Positions 56,168 to 64,000 of a stretch of DNA of 64,000 nt are shown here, one piece after another. Every line of letters starts with the position of its first letter. The stretch's first letter is position 1. Origin of the DNA: Bugula neritina (lineage: Eukaryota; Animalia; Bryozoa); NCBI GenBank assembly GCA_964035545.1, contig OZ037769.1:5375929-5439928 (forward strand), given 5' to 3'. The notes beneath the pieces were generated by a model. The model was not told where the DNA came from, ran no database searches, and saw only the letters and a list, made by a program, of their open reading frames with translations. Position numbers and translations under genes: made by a program.

Positions 56168-59100
56168 TCAAGTATCCTGATTAGTCTCCTCTTCAGACTC
56201 TGAGTTCTTACAGCTTTTCCGGTTTATATAATTAAACCTGTAGGATTTACTGTGTTGTACAGGGCAGATTTTTGATCCAGGATTTATAGTCTTGTAAGCT
56301 GGACCGTAGGTTAAACTTGCGGATATAAGTGGTACTGAAAACTCTAGAGGTGATTCTAGACTACAAAGGAAAACAAAGATGGTAATATAATAACAAGTAA
56401 TAGTTTATATTTGCAAGTAAGTTAATGGTGTTGAGAGAAAATAGAGACCCATTAAGTTTACCTACATGTACTTTAGTGCACAACGGATTTAATTAATCTT
56501 ATCACTATGCTTTTCGTCAGCCTTGGTCTAGTATTTAGAGCAATGAACTAATAACAACAAGGCCAGTAAGACCATAAGTGATTGGCTAAGAAGTAAGACA
56601 AATCTTTAACCACTTTAAAAAGCTCACATCATTAGGAAATCTCACACTTCACAGGGATGATAAATTTAAACAAAATGTGAGTTTTTGTTATGATCAGAAT
56701 ATAGCAAACATGTCATGTATAACTATACTATTACTGTGAGGGTGGAAATATCGTGTCAATAAAGTAACATAACGAACATATTTAGACAAAAGTACTTCAT
56801 CATCTAACAGCAGAATACTACCTATTGGGATTAATTGAGAAGCACTACTATTGTCAGAAAGTCAAAGGAAAAGAAACTGGACATACCTCTGATGGCCAGT
56901 ATGGCAGTGGGAGAACAGAACAAGCTGACTAGAGTACCAGGCAGCTAGTAAGACGAGCAGCGTAATGCTCTCCGCAGACCACGGCTCGGGGCACTTTAGC
57001 AAAGGGGCCACGCTAGGAGCGGGTATTGCACACTCCAATGTTATTAGTAAGATACTAAGAGGCATAATAAGGCAGGCAGGCACTACGTAACCGAATCTGT
57101 AAAATACAATACAGAATGTCTCAATATGTGTAATCATTATTTTAAATGGCACAGTAAAATAACTCTAACAGCAAACATGTTTAAGGTTTGTTTACAAAAT
57201 ACTTTATAGAATTTTGCAGTTATTTTTATGTAATATGTTTTAGGCTAATATAACAATTAATAATTTCTTGATCAACTTACTTGGCAACGTTCCAATAACA
57301 GGCTGCTTTAGCTGCTAACAAAGTCACTACATTAGAGCAGAATATTGCCACAACACATGCTGTGAATGCTGACCCGTGCCCTGCCGGCAGCGTGGTGATG
57401 CGTGTATCTTCAACATGACTCACAAACTCCTGGTACACCTGTAATGTGAGTGGTAGAAACATCTCAATGTAAAAATTCTACACTGATATTTATTTCAAAA
57501 CAAAATGAAAATTTTACAATGCTAAATTTCAGACAACAATTTCAAAATTAAAATGTAATTAATGAGAAGTATATCAAAATTTGTTAAAAATGTATTATTA
57601 AGATTATAGCAACTAAATTTTCATGTTTGTTATTTATGCCTTATGGTATTAATATATTTGGCATAATTCAATATTATCATAACAAATCGTGTAATGCTGC
57701 TGTCACAAAATATTAGCTTTCAATTCTCTCTTAACTAAACTTGTGTAAAAGTTTATAAAAGAAAATACTTGAGCTTTGTTAATTTATGTCTAAGATAGAA
57801 TCAGCAGAGCTCCTTGAATGTTTAGATGTACTACATTTAATATACTGAATATAAAATGTGAGAAAAAATTTGACACAATTGTTAAAGCTTGCAGTAAAAA
57901 TGGAAATCAAAATGAATCTTAAAAGGTAAGGCATAGGCGACATATTGAAGAAAAGCCTGTGTTATTTTGCTACTGCACCCAAGTGTTAAAGTACATACTG
58001 ACCGAAATTGTTAGCCTGGTGTATCTGCCTCTAAGAATAATAGAGTCCAGTCTTTCTTTAGTTCTATTATATTGGGGAATATCATTGATGTCTTTGCTAT
58101 GGAGAAGTTGTCCTAGCATGAACTTTATCTCCGCCGTGGGCACCTGAAATGTAAGGAACATGGGTTATTTTTCAATATTCAAGGATAATAATTTAACTCA
58201 GTTGAAACTCTGCAATGAAGTAATGCCGTTTAATAACTGAGATACAAAAATAAAAACCAACTTAAATAATATTAATCTAACTCCATTTATTTCAATAAAG
58301 TTTAGCCTATGTACCATAGGAACAGGCGCTACATTTTGCGGAGGTATCCAAGACGGATCAAACTCTTTTTTCATATAAGTGTTTCTCCAGTCTAGAGTAA
58401 TGCCTTCAGGCAGCTCTTCAAATGTGCTGCCATGTTTTTCGTCTGTGTGTAGCAGATTGATTAATTTGACTTTCAGATCTCCGGCGGTCTCATTCCAACT
58501 ACCTGAGAGAAGAAAAAACTAGAAGCTACATCACACTATAAACTACTGTAAGTATATAAACATATAGATTAAACATATAGTACAAGTATATATATTTGCT
58601 GTAACTTATAGACACTATATAATATAACATAATATACTCGTATGTATGACTTTATAACATTCAGAAGCATTTCAATGTTAACTGATTTCTTAGTTACATT
58701 TTGACTATCAGCAATTTATTATCAGTAACAGTATTTTAGCATGTCTATCAACAATACTATCAAGTACTGCAGCCATTATAATGTGATATTTGTCGCCTTT
58801 CACCGTCATGTCCTGATCGGGTGGCATGTGAGATGATTATTTAAATTTTATCAGTTAACCTAAATTTTATGTGCACACAATATTATTATTGTGAAGTTAC
58901 TTCATATTCCATAGAATAATTTCTTGGTTTTGAGAATTAAATTCAACTATTGTGTAGAATAGGAAACATTGAAACCTGTTTTTAAAACTAGTGATGCACA
59001 AAAATTATTAATATATAAAAAAACACGACTCAAAATTGATATATTAACTAGAAATAGCAATAGTTTGCAATAGAAAACACTGCTTATAACTTGTTATACA

Positions 59101-62100
59101 CTTTGCATAGAAAATTTAAAGAGCTGATATTTACCTGCATGCAACTTGGTGCACGCAGATTCAACCTTGACATAGTCTGGTACTAAGACTAGGAGACACA
59201 GTGCAAACCATAGACCTCTCCAAAAGGGAAGGATTAACCCTGCTCTGTGCTTTGAACGATTCAGCTCCTTCTTAAAGCTTACAAGAGGTAAATGTTTGCC
59301 AAGTACCTCTACATCTCTCTCAATGTAGGAATCCAGCCAATAGAATGGCACCAAAAAAATGGTGGCAATTATTAAAAGTGAATCTACAATGTAAATTATG
59401 TCATACATTGATCTATAGAATGGAAGTAATACTTTTCTCATGAAACTACTATTTAGAAAAAGAGATGATATGTGATTGGCTAGGAACAATGCATAAGTTG
59501 CAAAACAACTGTGGCTGTACTAATTTGTACAAACTCCTCTAAATATATTTTAGAACAAAAGTAGCAAATTTATAATGACAATTATTGTTTGTAAATGTAG
59601 AGAGATTGAAAATATAATTCCCTATATCATTTTATATAACAAATCTCTTTACTAAAAATATTAAATACATTTAATTGCATGAATTCAGAATTAAAAAAGT
59701 TATTATTACCGTGAACTAAATTTATATTTTACATTTCACAAACTAACAATTTTGTTTATGTATTATTACCCACCATATTATTATGTTGACTACAGTTTGC
59801 TAGATCAGGATTACAATGATAACATGTACGGGCATATCCAAGTTGCAGCAGAATTAAGCCTTTGTCTGATCTTTTAAATTAAATTCCGTACAAGGGCATT
59901 ATTATGGCGAAAGAAAAAACAGATGATGTAGGACCACCTAATACGTATGTACTCACTAATTGCACTTAGCCAGTACATGTGGTAACTGGAAAGTGCATAT
60001 GACAAGTGCATGTGGTAACTATGGATGGTAAGTGCATATAGTAAGTGTGTATGGTAAGTAAAACTAATCAGCAAATACTTTACCAAGATTAGGCGACGTC
60101 CAGACTATTGATTGCCTTTGGAGAGAACCGTCATCTCTAGGAGTAAAGGAAGTTGTGGTGAAGTCGTGTAACGTGCAGATTCCCAGTGACATCATTTGCA
60201 GAAAGCAGGTGGTAAGCAACGACTTTACCTCTAAAATCGTTTCAAGAGAAATTACCAATGCATGTGTAGCAAGATAATTGTTGTGTAACTTGGAGGTAAT
60301 TCATTGTGAATGGTAGTTCATAAAATCTCACGCAAGTTTATAGTCGCCATCCCTCTGAGAAGGTAGTATTTCAAATTTTCTAATGTTTGTCGAAGTCATA
60401 AAATGACAGAATATGTTTTTATTTAGTTGTCTACTGTACTATTACAATATTGTGCATCACATAGTGTGTTTATTTTAATAAAGTATTCTACATTGTGTCA
60501 ATTATTATGTTATTATATTGTAAGTTATGTATTATATCTGTTCTAAAACTATTATCGCTTCTGTGAGAAACCCCTGATGGAAAGGGTTTTTAGTTAAATC
60601 AGGCTAAGGATTTATTCAGATAAAGCACAGAAGCAATTATGACTGGATGCTCTTCCTAACACTACCAATTGCCTTTGTAGGGGTTCGAACCTATGACTTC
60701 GTGTTTACTAGGCAAACGCTCTAACCCCTAGACCTCGACTGCTCCAAATGGCAGTTCATACTAGTCAATTAATTTCCTGTCCATTAGCCTTCACGATTAT
60801 AAATCATAAAAAGTCAACCATTTCTCAATTTTATCACTATAACTTCTTGAGCATTGTCTACACATATAACATTATGTATCTTTCACCAGTCTTGTAATTT
60901 GATTTACTCTGGAGTCTAATTTACTCTTAATTGATTTCCAGGCACTGTAAGCCTGCATATATTATACAATAGAAGATAACTCAGAGTCATCAGTTTTGAT
61001 GCCAAGAAAACTTTCATCATTGCTAAACCATAATTTAGACTTACTAATATGCTTATCCGGGAGAGTTGGACTGAGAAAGGTTTTGCATAGTAAGGGGAGA
61101 AACCCGAAACTGTTAATGAGAAGACAACCCCTGATTAGATCAACTTGTGGAAGAATACGGAACAGGAGCAGACAAATTCCCACTGTGGAAAGGCTTGATG
61201 AAGCCAACACCTGAAATACAGAAGCAAATTTAAGTTCATTTAAAATTAGTCTCAATAATGTAATTTTATTATAATTAAAATTTGCACTGTCAACACAATT
61301 ATTTTATTATATATATATATATATATATATAGATAATTATAGGCACATTATATTATGTTTTAGTCATTTAGTGGTGTACATTGGCAAACTCCGGATAGGA
61401 AAAAGCTGCAAAAATCATTACGCCAAGTATAAACAGGCAAAATCTTCAAGTTACTTTTAATCATTATCCTAGTCACTTTACAATTAAGCTAGGAGTCATT
61501 TTTCAGAGCTAAAGTGTCTAATATTTAAAACTAGTTTTATCATGCAGGTCATGTTGGTGCATCCAACGCTTACAAAACATAATAATATATTATTATGTGT
61601 TATATGTTATACACATGTTAATATACTTAATTATGGATAACTAAGTATAACATCGTAAATTAAATCAAATGTACAATCTATAATTTTACAAATCAAATTA
61701 TTGATACGGGAATAATTCAAAATTTGATCAGCTATTGCAGGGACTTTACCAAAACTGCCCTCTAATATATACATATGACTCATACCCAGACTAAAACAGC
61801 TCCTTTTGGCCAGCACTGGTTGTAGACTTGGCAGGAAAGACACAGGTGTTTCACCATGTTGACCACCTCTAGAGACGCAAGGCATACGATCAAATAGGTC
61901 AATGCATTAGATTTGCTTGAGGTCTAAAATATAATTTCAGAGTGAAATAAATTTATATAATGCAATGTTCACTGTCTACTAAAAATATGATGTTAGAAGT
62001 TAACATGCAATTAATCAGCAAAACTTGCATTTTATTTGTTATGTTTATTCTATTGGTTTCAGACAAAAACCAATCAATTTCCTAAAATGGTTAATTCTTT

Positions 62101-62787
62101 GTGCCACTTGGTACTTTGTGTATCAGTACAAAGCTTGGTGTTTACTGGTTTCAACCAATATATTGAACCATTAAAATAGATTACATAATACAACATAATA
62201 GTGTTTATAAACTATTATGTAAGAATAAACGGAAATACTTTATCTACCTTTGTTAGACATTCAGCTTTCCTATATTATATTATAATTTTTGTGGTATAAA
62301 TATAGACAAATTAGGCTGAAATAATAAATTCTGACTCTCTAATGATGCGAGTTCTCAATGACCTTAAAGGCAAGGTTAACATTAAAAGTTGTATTTTCAT
62401 GTATAATTACATGCTTTCATTCCTAGTGGTTTCAGAGCATTAATTAAAGACATGTATACTATAAAGACATTACAAGTATGCAAAAATTATCAAAATATTG
62501 AATTAGTAACGAAAATAATAATATAGAAAAGTGCTAAAACTTCTCTAAAACGCTGTCAACAGCCTTACCTGAGACATCTGGCTGCAGAGTGAGGAGTTGG
62601 TTGTTAAAATAAGAACACTAAGAGTAGAAATTATGCCACATCCCAAGACTAGTAGAAACAGCACACTGCCAACCACTTTTCTAAAAGGTTTCATGCTGTC
62701 AGGTAACCTTTGACTGTCAGAAAAAGTAGTATGCATGTTAGTGTTGTCGCTGGGTATAACGTAGACAACCTGCAAAGGTTCTCCCAT
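56168..62787 (-). CDS. Chitin synthase-like protein, N-terminal multi-TM domain only
   Basis: Exons encode KVVGSVLFLLVLGCGIIS, STVGICLLLFRILPQVDLIRGCLLINSFGFLP, FYWLDSYI, AKAACYWNVAKFGYVVP, WYSSQLVLFSH, resembling metazoan CHS domain A; in-frame stop at 56168-56170. Confidence 0.65.
60323..60746 (-). mobile_element. tRNA-derived SINE with ~200-bp internal insertion and 14-bp TSD
   Basis: Tail at 60323-60361, body/head at about 60561-60746; flanks AATGGTAGTTCATA (60309-60322) and AATGGCAGTTCATA (60747-60760). Confidence 0.7.
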
Positions 62788-63203
62788 AACAAACTAGAAT
62801 AGGATTGCAGTAAGAGTGTTTCTGGTACACCTCTCAAAGCCCAACTGGCAAAGCCTAACTCGGAGACAAAAAGCTCAAGTGCTAAATCTATTGAATCTGA
62901 GTGAGATTAAAGCAAATGCTGATCAGCTTTAAGGGATTGGCTGAAGCCGACCAATGAGGCTGGCCGACTCAACAAGTTTAAAGCCATTATCTCAGATCTC
63001 TTCAGACAAGTATTCGTCTCTAGGCAATGGGTTAATTAGAAATCATTTTATATCTCATTACCATTACATAAGATTACATGATGGTTATGTAACTGCAGCT
63101 CAGCTTGATTGTGTGGTTATTTTTGATGGATCCGTCAAGAGTTGACTTGAGACTTCTGAACAATAAAGACACCACATGCTCAAGTAAGTTTAAGCGGTAC
63201 TTA

Positions 63204-63262
63204 TAGATATGATACTACATCGTAGATATGATACTACATCATAGATATGATACTACATCATA
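63204..63262. repeat. 19-bp tandem repeat x3
   Basis: TAGATATGATACTACATC(A/G) three times. Confidence 0.85.
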
Positions 63263-64000
63263 CATGAGCATTGAATTTATTGTTGAAGAATTCCCGACAC
63301 ACTTCATTCATTTAGTATTAAAGTACCAGTACTTATAGATCTTAGCTATCGTCTATATTCTATGCAGACTGAGGGTTGCATGCTCAAACAATTTTGTTTT
63401 ATAATAATTTTTTTGTTTAAACTTTCAAGCTATCTCAGTGAGTGATAAAGCTGTGTGTTGCAACAGCTACTAATAGCGTGCAATGAAAGTCATCAATAAT
63501 TACTAATAATTCTATAATACCTTCAGAGCCTACTGAAAACTTAATGATCAGCAAGCAATCAGAAATTCCAAATTAATTCAAGGCATATTTGTACAAAATT
63601 TGTTTAAAACAAAATTGTTTACTCATAAAACCATTGAAAAGTCCGTAGATTACAGCTAAGATATATTATATAGATTTTTATTACTACATAAATAAAGTGT
63701 ACCAGGGATTCTTTAACAACTGATTATAGATACAGAATGAGCAGAACTGTAAAATATATGTATATACTGTGGAACTCCATCTCCATCTTGTATGTCGAAA
63801 GCTACTGGCATATAACGTCTTTCCAGCCTATGTATGGGTACTGTACAACTTTGATAATTAGTTATGTTTACATGAAGAGGGATGAAACATTAAAAAATGT
63901 TTAACCTAGAAACTTTTAACCTACAATATAAATATACCTACTATACCTATAGACTATAATATAAATAGAATGTACAGAATATATAATATAGATAGAATGT

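Overview
AT-rich, intron-containing animal (invertebrate, probably lophotrochozoan) genomic DNA. The main feature is a complete, apparently intact 14,556-bp Maverick/Polinton (adintovirus-type endogenous DNA virus) at 4467-19022. It has AGTAGT...ACTACT termini, 438-bp TIRs and a perfect 6-bp TSD (CGTAAG), and sits in an intron of a minus-strand host receptor gene with two Venus-flytrap domains. It encodes a packaging ATPase, a Zn-ribbon/PLA2/integrase/chromodomain fusion, major and minor capsid proteins, core-like proteins, pPolB, an adenain-like protease and four proteins sharing an N-terminal MSVYKFG-like tag. Unusual structure read directly from the element: (i) each terminus is a 101-nt imperfect hairpin that begins AGTAGT in either orientation; (ii) 15 of 16 genes start at TAAATG, AAAATTGA lies before pPolB, and AT-rich hairpins sit at gene-block 3' ends, all resembling cytoplasmic giant-virus/poxvirus expression signals; (iii) a duplicated promoter precedes a candidate structured ncRNA; (iv) the putative spike/fibre genes form a modular cassette. 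The rest of the window holds host minus-strand genes (two Shisa-like paralogues, ALG8, a chitin-synthase N-terminal-domain-only gene), at least 8 copies of a tRNA-derived SINE, MITEs and simple repeats. Exon boundaries were read by eye and family calls rest on motif recognition, not database searches.
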